A DNA stretch of 64,000 bases from an uncultured Methanoregulaceae archaeon (GTDB lineage Archaea; Halobacteriota; Methanomicrobia; Methanomicrobiales; Methanospirillaceae), in assembly GCA_963717525.1 (NCBI GenBank), contig OY970343.1, positions 1,792,001-1,856,000 of the forward strand, read 5' to 3'. Shown piece by piece: positions 1 to 11,918 of the stretch (its first letter is position 1; each line of letters starts with the position of its first letter). A program made the position numbers and the translations under genes. A model generated the notes under the pieces. The model was given only the letters and a program-made list of their open reading frames with translations. It searched no databases and was not told the DNA's origin.

Positions 1-906
1 TCCGTATCCCTTGTAGCCTGCGGCTCGTCCTACCACGCCGGGCTGGTGTTTAAATACCTGCTTGAAGAGTCCTGCGGGATCCCCGCACGCGTGGATTTTG
101 CCTCGGAATTCAGGTATTTCCACCCGCCACTGGACGGTCTTGTGATCGGGATCACCCAGTCAGGAGAAACCGCGGATACCCTGACCGCACTCAAACAGGC
201 GCGGATACATAACTGCCGGACCCTTACCATAACCAATGTCCTTGGCAGTTCCGCAAGCAGGATCGCCGATGCTACACTCTTTATGCGTGCCGGGCCCGAG
301 ATCAGCGTCGCGGCCACCAAATCATTTGTCGCCCAGCTGGCAGTCCTCATGCAGATCATCGATGCCCGCTGTGACGGCAGGTATGAAGATGTACTCCAGC
401 ATGCGCACCAGGCAATCGAAGACGTGCTCCTGATGGATCTCTCGGCAGCGGTTGATCTGTGCAGGAATGCCGGGAGCATTTTTTATATCGGGCGCGGGCC
501 ATTCTACCCGATCGCGCTGGAAGGCGCCCTCAAGATGAAGGAGATTTCCTACATCCATGCCGAAGGGTATGCAGCAGGGGAATTGAAACACGGGCCCTTT
601 GCCCTCCTTTCACCGGAGACACCGGTCATTGCCATCTGCATGCCCGGCGAGACCTACGGCGTGATGGTCTCCAACATCAAGGAGTGCAAAGCCCGGGGGG
701 CGCCGGTTATCGCCCTGGGCACTGAAGGTGACCCGGAACTTCCCGATATCGCCGACGTCTTTGTCCCCCTGCCCAAGACGCATCCCTTTACCGGAGTACT
801 CACCAGTCTAGTGGTGCTCCAGATCCTCGCATACCGGACTGCCGTAGCGCTGGGCAGGGATATCGATAAGCCAAGAAACCTTGCAAAGAGCGTGACTGTA
901 GAATGA
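1..906 (+). CDS. glmS: Glutamine--fructose-6-phosphate transaminase, C-terminal SIS domains (5'-partial)
   Basis: Frame open from base 1 (SVSLVACGSSYHAG). Motifs ITQSGETADT, ALEGALKMKEISY, ELKHGP and C-terminal [11 protein letters not shown]. Confidence 0.97.
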   Translation, partial: SVSLVACGSSYHAGLVFKYLLEESCGIPARVDFASEFRYFHPPLDGLVIGITQSGETADTLTALKQARIHNCRTLTITNVLGSSASRIADATLFMRAGPEISVAATKSFVAQLAVLMQIIDARCDGRYEDVLQHAHQAIEDVLLMDLSAAVDLCRNAGSIFYIGRGPFYPIALEGALKMKEISYIHAEGYAAGELKHGPFALLSPETPVIAICMPGETYGVMVSNIKECKARGAPVIALGTEGDPELPDIADVFVPLPKTHPFTGVLTSLVVLQILAYRTAVALGRDIDKPRNLAKSVTVE

Positions 907-1524
907 TCGAATACGGGATCAATACCAAAGGAGCCGGCCTGCACGTGTTTGAGCCGGTAACACTGGGGTTTCCCTCCCGGGATTACATGGGAAAGACTGA
1001 ATTTACCGGTACCACGATCGGAAAGGATGCGGTGACTCAGGTCGGGCACCCTCATCTACTGCGATGTCACCATCGGGGATTGGTTCCAGACCGGGCACAA
1101 TGTCATAATCCGTGAGAAGACCCGGATCGGAAACCACGTTTCTGTCGGTACCGGGGTCATCATTGAAGGGAATACCCGGATCGGGGATAATGTCAACCTC
1201 CAGAGCATGGTATACATCCCCACAAATACCTCTCTGGGGGACCGGGTGTTCATAGGACCTAATGCAGTGCTGACCAACGACCGGTACCCTCCGTCGGGCA
1301 TTGGCGGGCTGGTGGGGCCGGTGATAGAACGCGGGGCTGCCATCGGGGCCAATGCAACCATCCTCCCGGGCATCCACATCGGTGAGGGCGCTCTCGTTGC
1401 AGCAGCTGCCGTGGTGACCCGGGATGTGCCGGCGCACATGCTTGCCGTAGGGGCACCGGCAAAAATACAGGATCTGCCATCAGCGCTCGGTCGAAAAAAT
1501 CAAAAAAATGCCGATCACCGCTAG
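903..1524 (+). CDS. Hexapeptide-repeat (left-handed beta-helix) acyltransferase, with an apparent single-base insertion near 1034
   Basis: MIEYG...IGKDAV continues in another frame as [27 protein letters not shown]...[30 protein letters not shown]...GAPAK. Confidence 0.85.
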
Positions 1525-1565
1525 CCGGTCTTTCCCAGAAGGAGCACGGCACAAACGAGGTACCC

Positions 1566-2702
1566 ATGAAGATTCTTCTTGTCTCCACCCAGGACTATAT
1601 CCACCATCCCGTCCCTTCACGGCATCACTATATCTTCGAGGAACTCGCCCGTCGCCACGAGGTACATGTTGCACATTTCCATGTTAGCCGGGGAAACGCC
1701 CGTCCCACCCGGCTGATCGTTGAGGAAGCCACACAGTTCCCGGTGAAAAGCCCGCTCCTGCACTATACCCTCAACACCCCGTACCATTACCATATCTTCA
1801 ACAAAATCATCCGGGACAACGAAATCGATATCGTGGTTGCTGCTCACGTCCTTGCCGGGGCTGCTGTCATCTCGGCAGCAAAGAGAAATAACGTGCCGGT
1901 AGTGTTCGATCTCAAGGACTGGTTCCCGGATTCTGCCGCAGCCTATTTCAAAAACCGGTTTGTTGCAGGGTGCGTCAGGAAAGGGGTCTGGGAGATCACC
2001 CGGAGAAACCTTTCCCGGAGCGACCGGATCACCACCGTCTCTCCGTCGCTGGTGGATAAACTCAAAGGTCTGGGGTTCTCCGCCGAACTCATCACCAACG
2101 GTGTCGACACGGATCTCTTCGTACCGCGGGATGGCGTGGAAACACGGCGGGAATTGGGTATAGGGGATGACGAGTTCGTTATCGGCTTTTCAGGGAGCAT
2201 CGAACGCTGGTACGCCATCGACGAGATGATCCGGGCACTGCCTGAGTTGATCCGTTATCGTAAAAAAACTCGCATCCTCATTGTTGGAGGATCGCTCTTT
2301 ACCGATTACGAGAAGGAGCTCCAGCAGCTTGCGGAATCTCTCGGCGTCTCCAATCACGTGATTTTTACGGGAACGAAACCCTATGCGGAGCTTCCGCGTC
2401 ATATTGCCTGCATGGATGTCTGCACGATCCCCCTCTCACCGCCGCAGTGGATGGACATCGCCCTGCCCAACAAGTTCTTTGAATACTCGGCATGCGGAAA
2501 ACCGATCGTCATGCGCCCGATCCCGGATGTCGCCCGTATCGGGGGGCCGAATCTCTTTGTGTACAGGACGCGTGATGAATTTATCACCCATGTCAAAAAC
2601 CTGATGGAAAGGCCCGCCACTTTTCATATCAACATGGAAAACTACAGTTGGAAGGAAAAAGCACGCCAGTTTGAATCCGTATTTTCAGGATTATGTCCGT
2701 AG
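1566..2702 (+). CDS. Glycosyltransferase family 4 (GT-B)
   Basis: ITTVS, ITNGVD, PNKFFEYSACGKPIV motifs; lies next to aglB. Confidence 0.9.
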   Translation: MKILLVSTQDYIHHPVPSRHHYIFEELARRHEVHVAHFHVSRGNARPTRLIVEEATQFPVKSPLLHYTLNTPYHYHIFNKIIRDNEIDIVVAAHVLAGAAVISAAKRNNVPVVFDLKDWFPDSAAAYFKNRFVAGCVRKGVWEITRRNLSRSDRITTVSPSLVDKLKGLGFSAELITNGVDTDLFVPRDGVETRRELGIGDDEFVIGFSGSIERWYAIDEMIRALPELIRYRKKTRILIVGGSLFTDYEKELQQLAESLGVSNHVIFTGTKPYAELPRHIACMDVCTIPLSPPQWMDIALPNKFFEYSACGKPIVMRPIPDVARIGGPNLFVYRTRDEFITHVKNLMERPATFHINMENYSWKEKARQFESVFSGLCP

Positions 2703-2759
2703 GACTATCCAAACGATTAATGCTCCCAAAAACGACCTTTTATCCAGCAAGGTGATACA

Positions 2760-5353
2760 ATGTTACAGCTCGATTTACATAGTCGCCGGAACTGGATGAT
2801 CGCAGGGCTTGTCGCTTTTTTTGTGATCTTTGCGGTCTGGCTCCGGATTCTGCCCATGTTGTCCATGGGCCACACCGATATCCTCTCGATGGTGGGCAGT
2901 GACGACCCGCTCTACAACCTCCGCCAGGTCGAGCAGCTGCTCGCCAACCATTTCGTCTATACCTGGTTTGATCCGATGACCCAGTACCCGGTAGGGAGCA
3001 CCGTCTACTGGGGCCCGTTGTTCATCTATATCTCGGGTTTTGCCTGCTGGATTGCAGGTGCTACAACCCGCCCGGAAATTATCGGCGTCTGCCTGCTTGT
3101 CCCGGTCGCAATGGCGGGAGTGACCGTCATCCTGATGTATTTTGTCGGGAAGATCTGCGGCGACTGGAAGACCGGGCTCCTTGCTGCAGGGTTTACCGCG
3201 GTTGTGTCAGGGCAGTTTTTCTACCGGTCCCTGTACGGGTACTTCGACCACCACATCGGGGAAGTGCTCTTCTCGACCCTGTTCTGTCTCGTATACTTGT
3301 ACATCCTCATATCAGAGAAGGATAGAAAGATAGATCTGAAAAACATCGCAAAGTGGAAACGAACAGCATTGTTGTCGGTTCTTGCAGGCATTGCCTACCT
3401 TCTTGGCCTGTTCTTGATGCCGACCATGATCGTGTTTGCCCTCATAGTCGTGCTCTTTACTGTCATCCAGTTTGTCATCAGTGTTTACCGCGACAAACCA
3501 ACGGAATACCTGCTTGTGGCAAATACCATTATTTTTGCTGTAGCAATCATTGGGCTCATGCTCTTCGGATTCAAAAGCGCCGGTCTTGACCTCGCTTCCT
3601 ATTCTGTCGGGCATGTCTATGCATACCTCGCCGTCATCGTGGGGACGGTGGTTCTGTACCTGCTCGCCAGGTACCTCAAAGGAAAGCCAAAATACTATTA
3701 TCCCCTTTCGCTCATTGGCCTGGCGGTTATCTGTACAGCAATCCTCTCTGTTGCAGGCCCGCAGTTCTTCAACCAGCTCATCAATGCAGCGGTCCAGTTC
3801 TTCGGTCAGGCACCGGTGACCAATACAGTCCAGGAAGCACGTGGCTGGTCCATTGCAGCTGCATGGACGACCTTCAATTACGGACTCATCCTTATGGTTG
3901 GCGGGATACTGGTTATCCTGTACAGTGTCTATCGCGAGGACCGCCCCCATGAGATCTTCACGCTGGTATGGTCGGCGATCATATTCTACTCGACCTGCCA
4001 GCACATCAGGTACGAATACTACCTTGCCGTCAATGTCGCATTGCTCTCGGCCCTCTGCGTGAGCTTCGTCTATGAGTGGGGGAGGGAGGACATTCGCCGT
4101 CTTCTGGCGGGAGTCACGAGCCGTGCCGGTCTGGATGAGAAAACCAACAAAACTGGAGAGCCGGCAGCAAAACGGAAAAAACAGAAAAAATTGCAGAAGC
4201 AGGACCCGGGATCGGCTTCACCCCGGTTCTTTGTTCTCGCACTAGTGGTGGTAGCAGCAGGCTTGGGCATTCTCTTTGTCTATACTTCCGCTACGTACAG
4301 TTACGTCAATGCATCCGGTAATCCCCTCATCATGAACCAGGACTGGAAGGAATCACTCCTCTGGATGGCAAACAATACACCGGCAACCGGGGTCGACTAT
4401 TACACAATCTATGACAAGAGTACGTTTGTCTATCCCAATTCGTCCTATGGGGTTATGTCCTGGTGGGATTACGGCCATATGATCACCTACATCGCACAAC
4501 GGATTCCTAACGCTAACCCGTTCCAGGCCGGGGTCAGCGGCCCTAATGGCGCTGCCGCCTATTTCATGGCGACCGATGAATCAACCGCGGACACGATCCT
4601 CGATCACGACGGTACCCGGTACGTGGTCACGGATATAGAAATGGACACCGGGAAATTCTGGGCGATGGCAACCTGGTTTAACACCACGGCTGCCGCTGAG
4701 CAGTACCAGATGACTGTCCTCATCCCCGGGCAGACCGCATCCAGCGGATACCAGTCTGCGATGCTCAACGAGGCTCCGTACTACGATACGATGATCTCGC
4801 GGCTCCATAACTTTGACGGGTCCATGGCAACAGCAACTACAGCATACTATGTGGAGTACGCGGACCAGAGCGTCACATATGTCTCGTACCCGGTCCTGAG
4901 CGATGCCGAGGCGATGAATGTATCCGCCGCAACAGCCCGGGCAGCGCAATACAACCAGAATCCCCCGCCGGTTACCATGCCACGGTCCTGAGTTCCTCAC
5001 TGGTTCTTCCGATCACCGATGTTCCTGCGCTGCAGCATTACCGGCTTGTCCATGAGTCCCCCACAAGCGAACTTACTACGAACACAACCGATGTAAAGTA
5101 CGTGAAGGTCTTCGAATACGTTAAGGGGGCCCACATTAAGGGATCGGGTATCATCGATATCCCCTTGGTCACAAACACCGGAAGGAACTTCACCTACCGG
5201 CAGCAGAGTGTCAACGGGGAATTTATCGTCCCCTATTCTACGACCGGCAATACCTATGATGTGAAAGCAACAGGCAAATACCAGATCGAGGGAACCGGCA
5301 TGACCTTCGACGTGCCTGAATCGGCTGTCATGCAGGGCCTGACCATCAATTAA
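2760..5353 (+). CDS. aglB: Oligosaccharyltransferase AglB (STT3 family), with an apparent frameshift near 4965
   Basis: Multi-TM N-terminus, DDPLY, DHH, WWDYG and DTGK motifs. The C-terminus continues in another frame (ALQHYRLVHES...VKVFEYVKGA) to TAA at 5353. Confidence 0.93.
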
Positions 5354-5475
5354 CCTTTTTCGGCTGTACCTGCAAGAGAGAAATCCGGTAAAAGGGTGCA
5401 AGCAGGGATCGCGACTGCACTTTCATGCCGGCACGGGCATAATATTTCTATAGTGCCATAGACTCATTCTTTTGT

Positions 5476-5772
5476 ATGCTTGCCGATGAGATCGCATTGG
5501 GGATGCGGGTGAGGTATCCCCGTACCGGAACCACCGGTGCCGTGGTCCGGATCGAGCAGATAGGAGGAAACCGGTTTGCCGAACTGGACTGTACTCACCT
5601 TCTCTATCTTACTGACCTGTTAATCCCCGCAGGACAGGCAAAACAGGCTGCCACCGCCACGCAGGAAGAAGACGCAAAAGAGATTATCCGGAGAGAGAGG
5701 GAATTTGCCGCAGGAAGCGGGCTCCAGGAAGCCCTGAAAAACATCGACCAGAGCTGCGAAGGTGGGGGATAA
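5476..5772 (+). CDS. Conserved methanogen protein (DUF2098-like)
   Basis: VRYPRTGTTG motif and C-terminal CEGGG. Confidence 0.7.
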   Translation: MLADEIALGMRVRYPRTGTTGAVVRIEQIGGNRFAELDCTHLLYLTDLLIPAGQAKQAATATQEEDAKEIIRREREFAAGSGLQEALKNIDQSCEGGG

Positions 5773-5965
5773 TCCCCGGGGGCTCTGCCGTTCTGCAAGA
5801 TACTTTAATAATAATCGGGAGTCCTTAGTAGATAGCAAACCATCACGTACCTTCTGGTCTGTGTCTCGTTTGATACCCGGGTGCATGTACCAGGGAAGGA
5901 ATTAATTCAAAAATACGTGTGTTGATGTTCTTGAGAATTTATAAGATAAGGAGGTTCGATTTCAT

Positions 5966-7200
5966 TTGCATGATGTGACAATCCCCAGTGTGAATATCGG
6001 GGTGGTGGGCCATGTGGACCACGGGAAAACCACGCTCGTGAATGCGCTCACCGGCACATGGACGGACCGGCACAGCGAGGAAGTGCGGCGTGGTATTTCT
6101 ATCCGGCTGGGTTATGCGGATGCGACGTTTTATAAGTGCGGACACTGCGAAGGCCCGGATGCATACTCGACAACGCCGGTCTGCCCGGTCTGCGGTGGCG
6201 AGGGGACGCCGTTTCGGTCAATCTCCTTTGTGGACGCCCCCGGGCACGAAACCCTGATGGCAACAATGCTGTCAGGTTCGGCGCTGATGGACGGGGCAAT
6301 GCTGGTCATTTCCACGACGGAAAAATGCCCTCAGCCCCAGACAAAAGAGCACCTTATGGCGCTGGGCCTTGTCGGCATCAGGAAGATCGTGATTGTCCAG
6401 AACAAGATCGATGTTGTCTCCCAGAAAGAAGCTATCGACAATTACCAGCAGATCAAAGCATTCGTGAAAGGAACCGTCGCCGAAAACGCACCCATCATCC
6501 CCGTCTCAGCCCAGAAAGGGATCAACATGGGAGCGTTGGTACAGGCTCTTGATATGACCATCCCCGATCCGGTCCGTGACCCCGCAGCAGAACCGATGAT
6601 GCTCGTCGCGCGATCCTTTGACATCAACAAGCCCGGCTGCAACTGGAAGGAAGTAAAGGGAGGAGTCGTTGGAGGGTCTCTCATCCGGGGCATCCTCCGC
6701 GACGGCGATCCTATTGAGATCCGGCAGGCCGGCAGACACAGGTCGAAAACAGGATCAAGTGGATCCCGATTATCACGGAGGTTACCTCCATCAATGCCGG
6801 TACAAAAACGGTAAATGAAGCGACACCGGGTGGCCTTCTTGGTGTCGGGACAAAACTTGACCCGGCACTCACAAAAAGCGATGCGCTCGCCGGTCAGGTT
6901 GTCGGCCATGTCGGCAAACTGCCACCGGTATGGGAGAAGATCAAGTGCCAGGTGACCCTGATGGAGCGGGTCGTGGGAGCAACGAGCGAACTGGTCATCG
7001 AGCCTTTAAAATACAACGAACCGCTCATGCTCTCCGTCGGCACCGCAGTCACCGTAGGGGTGGTCACGAGCACCAAAAAAGAAGCAGTCGAAGTGCAGCT
7101 GAAACGACCGGTCTGCGCAGAGCAGGGAGCCCGGATCGCTATCAGCCGGCAGGTGGGAGCACGCTGGCGGTTAATCGGGATGGGTGTCCTCAGCGAGTGA
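5966..7200 (+). CDS. eif2g: Translation initiation factor 2 gamma subunit, with an apparent frameshift near 6726
   Basis: [18 protein letters not shown], Zn knuckle, DAPGHE, QNKID. C-terminal [16 protein letters not shown] lies in the second frame. Confidence 0.95.
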
Positions 7201-7577
7201 AAGTCCTGCTGGACGCCAACGCGCTTATGATGCCGGCGCAGTTTAAGATCGATCTCTTCAATGAGATCCGTGAACTGCTCGGCAGTTTTGAGCCGGTGGT
7301 GCTGCCCGGTGTGGTGCAGGAACTGACCGGGTTGTCCCGGGCAAAAGGCAGTGAGGGTGCCTCTGCGCGTTTTGGCCTGGCGATTGCCGGGCAGTGCACG
7401 CTTGCAGAGGGCGGCAGCACCCCCCTGCCGGTAGACGATCAGGTTATTGCTTGGGCCACGGTTAACCGCGGCATGGTGGTGACCAACGACCGTCGGGTCA
7501 GGGATGCACTGCTTGCACAGGGTATCGGGGTTATATCCATGAGAAAACAGAAAAAACTCGAGATATTGCGAAGGTAG
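7197..7577 (+). CDS. PIN-domain protein (Fcf1/Utp24-like)
   Basis: VLLDANALM...VDD...VVTND motifs; conserved position after eIF2-gamma. Confidence 0.85.
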   Translation: MKVLLDANALMMPAQFKIDLFNEIRELLGSFEPVVLPGVVQELTGLSRAKGSEGASARFGLAIAGQCTLAEGGSTPLPVDDQVIAWATVNRGMVVTNDRRVRDALLAQGIGVISMRKQKKLEILRR

Positions 7578-7584
7578 GTGGGTT

Positions 7585-8226
7585 ATGTATTACAAGATGA
7601 CACTGGAAGACAAAGTCAGGGTGCCCCCCAACCGGCTGGGCGAAAAACTGGACAAGGTAATACTCGATGTCCTTCAGGAACAGCTTGAAGGGAGCATCGA
7701 CAAGGAACTGGGGGTCTTTATTGCCGTAACCAGGGTTGATCATGTTGGCGAAGGCGAGATCGTGCCCGGTGACGGCGGCGTCTATTACGATGTAAAGTTT
7801 GAGGGGCTCGTCCTCCGGCTCGCCCTGCAGGAGGTCATTGAAGGCCTTGTCGTGGAGACCACAAGCTTCGGGGCATTTGTGAGCCTCGGGCCGATCGATG
7901 CCATGCTGCATGTAAGCCAGATCTCTGACGAATACATCAACTTCGATGAAAAAAATGCCCGGCTCATATGCCAGGATTCCAAGCGCTTTATCGGTGTTGG
8001 GGATACCGTCAGGGTCAGGGTGGTAACTCTTTCCTTAAACGAGCGCGAACCACGCGACAGCAAGATTGGCCTTACCATGCGGCAGGCCGGCCTTGGCACC
8101 TCGCTCTGGCTCGAAGAGGAGATCGAAAAGGAAAAAGAGAGGGCGGCCGCCGGTACAATGGGAGCCCCGAAGGAGAAACCTGAGAAGGCAAAGAGCAAGA
8201 GGAAAGACCGTGCCGCCAATGAATAA
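7585..8226 (+). CDS. rpoE1: DNA-directed RNA polymerase subunit E' (Rpo7)
   Basis: S1 domain FGAFVSLGPIDAMLHVSQI and KIGLTMRQ. Confidence 0.95.
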   Translation: MYYKMTLEDKVRVPPNRLGEKLDKVILDVLQEQLEGSIDKELGVFIAVTRVDHVGEGEIVPGDGGVYYDVKFEGLVLRLALQEVIEGLVVETTSFGAFVSLGPIDAMLHVSQISDEYINFDEKNARLICQDSKRFIGVGDTVRVRVVTLSLNEREPRDSKIGLTMRQAGLGTSLWLEEEIEKEKERAAAGTMGAPKEKPEKAKSKRKDRAANE

Positions 8227-8416
8227 GAAAAAACAGGGGAAAGTCTGCCGGGACTGCCACCGGGTAGTTGACGGTGAGAACTGTGTGATCTGCGGGACGA
8301 CAAACCTGTCCGATGACTGGTCGGGATACCTTGTCATCATCGACCCGGAAAATTCTGATGTGGCAAAACGGATGAACATCAAGCTGCCCGGGCGCTATGC
8401 GCTGAAGGTTCGCTGA
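8219..8416 (+). CDS. spt4: Transcription elongation factor Spt4 (RpoE'')
   Basis: CRDCH...CVICG...WSGYLVIIDPENS...PGRYALKVR. Confidence 0.93.
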   Translation: MNKKKQGKVCRDCHRVVDGENCVICGTTNLSDDWSGYLVIIDPENSDVAKRMNIKLPGRYALKVR

Positions 8417-8917
8417 ATGTTTGTGCTTCCCACGGAATCGCGCAAACTTTTCAAGGATCCCTTCGGAACGCTACACCAGGATATAGGCACAGTGCTCCCG
8501 GAACTTGCCGGTCATACGGTCTACTCAGTGGGCGATGTGGTGACTCACTCCCTGCAGCAGAACGGAATCACCCCTGCGATTGCAGTGGTGGACGGCCAGA
8601 CCATGCGTACGCCCTGCACAAAGATGCCCCATCTCTCCGGAACCTGCATCCGCGTGAAAAACCCCCCAGGGACCATTACCGATGAGCTGGTTGATGCGCT
8701 CACCTACGCAGTTGACCATACCCCCGTCACAATCATTGTAGACGGCGAGGAAGATCTTGCCGTCATCCCGCTTGTCATCGCTGCACCGCTGGCATCGGTC
8801 GTGCTCTACGGCCAGCCAAACGAAGGGGTTGTGCTTCGCGTGATCGATGATCGCGCAAAAGCCGCAGCATGCAACCTTCTCGGGCAGTTTGCCAGAACTG
8901 ATGCCCGACCTACATAA
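8417..8917 (+). CDS. GTP-dependent dephospho-CoA kinase (DUF359)
   Basis: VGDVVT, NPPGTIT, VDGEEDL and YGQPNEG motifs. Confidence 0.88.
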   Translation: MFVLPTESRKLFKDPFGTLHQDIGTVLPELAGHTVYSVGDVVTHSLQQNGITPAIAVVDGQTMRTPCTKMPHLSGTCIRVKNPPGTITDELVDALTYAVDHTPVTIIVDGEEDLAVIPLVIAAPLASVVLYGQPNEGVVLRVIDDRAKAAACNLLGQFARTDARPT

Positions 8918-9017
8918 AACAAGAGAATTTTCCTTTTTAATTCCAGGAAATTTCTTCTCTTTTTCAGGACAGGGTCAGGTTTTAAATAACACGGTTCCCA
9001 ATAATTACAGGATATCG

Positions 9018-9317
9018 ATGGACTTTAAGATCGAGAGCGATAAAAGGAATGAGCTTTTATCACGGAGAGAGATTCAGTTTACTCTCACATACGATGGTGC
9101 TACGCCCTCACGCATGCAGATTATCGGTAAACTGTGCGCCCTGCTCAATACAAAAGAGCCGCAGGTTGTCCTTGACACCCTGAAAAGCAACTTTGGCAAG
9201 ATGGTTATCACCGGAAAAGCGCGCGTGTACGATACCGAGGATGCCAAGAAGAAGACCGAACACCCGTACCTCTCAGCTCGCGGTATGCCCAAACCCAAAG
9301 AGGAAGGAGCTGCATAA
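9018..9317 (+). CDS. rps24e: 30S ribosomal protein S24e
   Basis: NELLSRREI...GATPSR...GKARVY. Confidence 0.93.
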   Translation: MDFKIESDKRNELLSRREIQFTLTYDGATPSRMQIIGKLCALLNTKEPQVVLDTLKSNFGKMVITGKARVYDTEDAKKKTEHPYLSARGMPKPKEEGAA

Positions 9318-9319
9318 CC

Positions 9320-9502
9320 ATGGCTGCAGCGAAGAAAGCAGCCGCAAAGGGGCCGACACGCAGCAAGTTTTTCAAGGTTGAAGGAGACAAGGTCACCACG
9401 ACAAAGAAATACTGTCCCCGCTGTGGTCCCGGCGTCATGATGGCCGACCACAAGGACCGGGTTGCCTGCGGAAAGTGCGGGTACACCGAATTCAAAAAGT
9501 AA
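9320..9502 (+). CDS. rps27ae: 30S ribosomal protein S27ae
   Basis: [26 protein letters not shown]. Confidence 0.96.
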   Translation: MAAAKKAAAKGPTRSKFFKVEGDKVTTTKKYCPRCGPGVMMADHKDRVACGKCGYTEFKK

Positions 9503-9508
9503 ACACTG

Positions 9509-11092
9509 ATGCCTGATTTTGGGCGGATACTTGGCATTGAGGGTACAGCGTGGAACCTCAGTGCTGCCCTTTTTGATCGTGATCTTCTTGCCCTGTGCTC
9601 CCACCCCTATTCACCCGAACACGGGGGTATCCATCCACGGGAAGCCGCCCAGCACCATGCCTCTGCCATGCGGGACGTGATGGGTTCAGTCCTTAAGGAA
9701 CCGGATAAGATAGAAGGAATTGCATTTTCCCAAGGGCCGGGCCTTGGCCCCTGCCTGAGAACGGTCGCCACCGCCGCACGCTCGCTTGCTCTTGCGCTTA
9801 ATGTCCCGCTTATCGGCGTCAATCACTGTGTTGCCCACGTGGAGATCGGGAGCTGGGCAACCGGGTGCCAGGACCCGATCGTACTGTACGCGAGCGGGGC
9901 AAACACCCAGGTGATCGGATATCTCAACGGGAGGTACCGGATATTCGGGGAGACTCTCGATATCGGTATCGGAAACGCCTTCGACAAGTTCGCACGGGCA
10001 CGAGATCTTCCTCACCCGGGCGGGCCGCTGATCGAGACGCATGCAAAATCCGGAACATATTTCGAACTTCCCTATACCGTCAAAGGCATGGACCTTGCAT
10101 TCTCGGGACTGGTCTCGGCCGCGAAGGATTCCCGGCAGCCTCTTCCCGATGTCTGCTGCAGCCTCCAGGAAACCGCATTTGCGATGTGCGTGGAGGTAAC
10201 CGAACGGGCACTTTCGCTCACCGGAAAGGACGAGGTGCTGCTGGTCGGCGGCGTAGGTGCAAACGCACGCCTGCAGGAGATGCTCCATATCATGTGCGAA
10301 GAGCGGGATGCACGATTTTATGTCCCCGAGCGGAAATATCTCGGGGACAATGGTGCCATGATTGCTTATACGGGAAAGCTGATGCTCGAGAGCGGCCAGT
10401 CACTTGCCATCGAGAATTCGCAGGTAAACCCGTCTTTTCGATCGGATGAAGTTGAGGTGACATGGAAACATGAAACCAGCAATGCCCCGGATTGTGGATA
10501 CCATGGCAGTGCCGGCCAGAGACGCGGTGCCGAGGCCACCGTCAGTTTCAGGAACGGGAATGCCGTCAAGCAGCGGCTTTCCAAGCCATACAGGGTGCTC
10601 CCCCTTGACAGAAAACTGATCACGGAACGGACACGGGCAGAGGCCCGGCTCATTCACATGGCCCGGAAGGGAGGCGTCCCAACGCCTGTCATAAGCGACA
10701 TCACCCACGATTCCATTGTGATGGAAGAGATCCCAGGCACGCTACTTACCCATGCCCTCACGGAAGCGCATTGCAGGGAGGCCGGACGGATGGCAGGCCG
10801 GCTGCACACGGCCGGCATCATGCACGGAGATCTCACTACCAGCAACATGATCCTGCGGGAAACGGATGGCGGGTGTGTTCTCATCGATTTCGGTCTCGCG
10901 CAGGTAACATCGGAGATTGAACAAAGAGGCGTCGATATCCATGTCATGTTCCAGACGCTCAAAAGCACCAATCCACAGGAGGCCGGCCTTCTCAGGGCCG
11001 CATTTGCCCGGGGATATGCCGAGACGTTTGTGGGTGCAGGAGAAGTTCTTGGACGGGAGCAGGAGATCGAACTCAGGGGGAGGTACCTGTGA
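9509..11092 (+). CDS. kae1: Bifunctional KEOPS Kae1 (t6A synthase) / Bud32 kinase fusion
   Basis: LGIEGTAW, VNHCVAH and DNGAMIA, followed by kinase motifs HGDLTTSN, IDFGL and C-terminal RGRY. Confidence 0.96.
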   Translation: MPDFGRILGIEGTAWNLSAALFDRDLLALCSHPYSPEHGGIHPREAAQHHASAMRDVMGSVLKEPDKIEGIAFSQGPGLGPCLRTVATAARSLALALNVPLIGVNHCVAHVEIGSWATGCQDPIVLYASGANTQVIGYLNGRYRIFGETLDIGIGNAFDKFARARDLPHPGGPLIETHAKSGTYFELPYTVKGMDLAFSGLVSAAKDSRQPLPDVCCSLQETAFAMCVEVTERALSLTGKDEVLLVGGVGANARLQEMLHIMCEERDARFYVPERKYLGDNGAMIAYTGKLMLESGQSLAIENSQVNPSFRSDEVEVTWKHETSNAPDCGYHGSAGQRRGAEATVSFRNGNAVKQRLSKPYRVLPLDRKLITERTRAEARLIHMARKGGVPTPVISDITHDSIVMEEIPGTLLTHALTEAHCREAGRMAGRLHTAGIMHGDLTTSNMILRETDGGCVLIDFGLAQVTSEIEQRGVDIHVMFQTLKSTNPQEAGLLRAAFARGYAETFVGAGEVLGREQEIELRGRYL

Positions 11093-11667
11093 ACCGGACC
11101 CTGACCCTTGTCACCAGCAACCCCCATAAGGCAAAGGAGGTCGCGGCGTTTTTTGGCGGATCGGTCGAGATTAGCCACGTGGCGCTCGACATCCCGGAAC
11201 TCCGCTCCGATGACATTCAGGAGATCGCCCGCGAAAAAGCGAGGTATGCGTACGATCGCATCCACCGGCCACTTATGGTGGATGATACGGCCTTCTTTAT
11301 CGATGCGCTCAACGGATTTCCCGGCCCTTACGCAGCCTATGTCCTTTCAACTATCGGCAATACGGGAATCCTCAGGCTCATGGAAGGGGCACGGGATCGC
11401 AATGCCCGTTTCACCACAGCCATCGCTTTTGCGGATGAAACCGGCATTTTTGTTTTTTCGGGCACAATCAGCGGAAGGATCATCCCTGAACCCCGGGGGA
11501 GCGGAGGGTTCGGGTACGACCCTATCTTTGAGGTGGACGGAAAGACGCTTGCCGAGATCCCGCTTGAAGAGAAAAGCGCCATCTCCCACCGTGCACGCGC
11601 ACTCACGTCGTTCCGTGACTGGTTCATGAACAGGCAGGACCGATGCCTAGTCGATACAAACCGTTAA
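11089..11667 (+). CDS. rdgB: Non-canonical purine NTP pyrophosphatase (RdgB/HAM1)
   Basis: VTSNPHK, GFPGPY, GFGYDPIF and SHRARAL. Confidence 0.95.
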   Translation: MNRTLTLVTSNPHKAKEVAAFFGGSVEISHVALDIPELRSDDIQEIAREKARYAYDRIHRPLMVDDTAFFIDALNGFPGPYAAYVLSTIGNTGILRLMEGARDRNARFTTAIAFADETGIFVFSGTISGRIIPEPRGSGGFGYDPIFEVDGKTLAEIPLEEKSAISHRARALTSFRDWFMNRQDRCLVDTNR

Positions 11668-11712
11668 AAGATCAAAGAACATTGTTATAAGGGCAGACAG
11701 GAGTGTATATCC

Positions 11713-11859
11713 ATGGCAAAGTTCCCTGAAGCCGAAGCCCGGTTACTCAATGTGAAAATTTGTATGCATTGCAATGCACGCAATGCGATTCGCGCGACGA
11801 CATGCCGCAAGTGCGGGTACAAAAACCTGCGCCCGAAAAACAAGGAGCGAAAAGCGTAA
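11713..11859 (+). CDS. rpl40e: 50S ribosomal protein L40e (48 aa, not in the ORF track)
   Basis: Manual translation [48 protein letters not shown]. Confidence 0.96.
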   Translation: MAKFPEAEARLLNVKICMHCNARNAIRATTCRKCGYKNLRPKNKERKA

Positions 11860-11918
11860 CTGAATTTTCTTTGCAATACTATCGTTCTTTTTTTTAGTTA
11901 TTTGCTTAAATCGAAGAG

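Noticed and set aside
5966..7200. Split eIF2-gamma (also tiaS, dys, aglB, trpF, htpX) as pseudogenes or programmed frameshifts
   Set aside because: These are essential or conserved genes with both halves intact and no slippery-site pattern. Sequencing indels explain them better.
9509..11092. Kae1-Bud32 fusion as a novelty
   Set aside because: This fusion is well known in euryarchaea.
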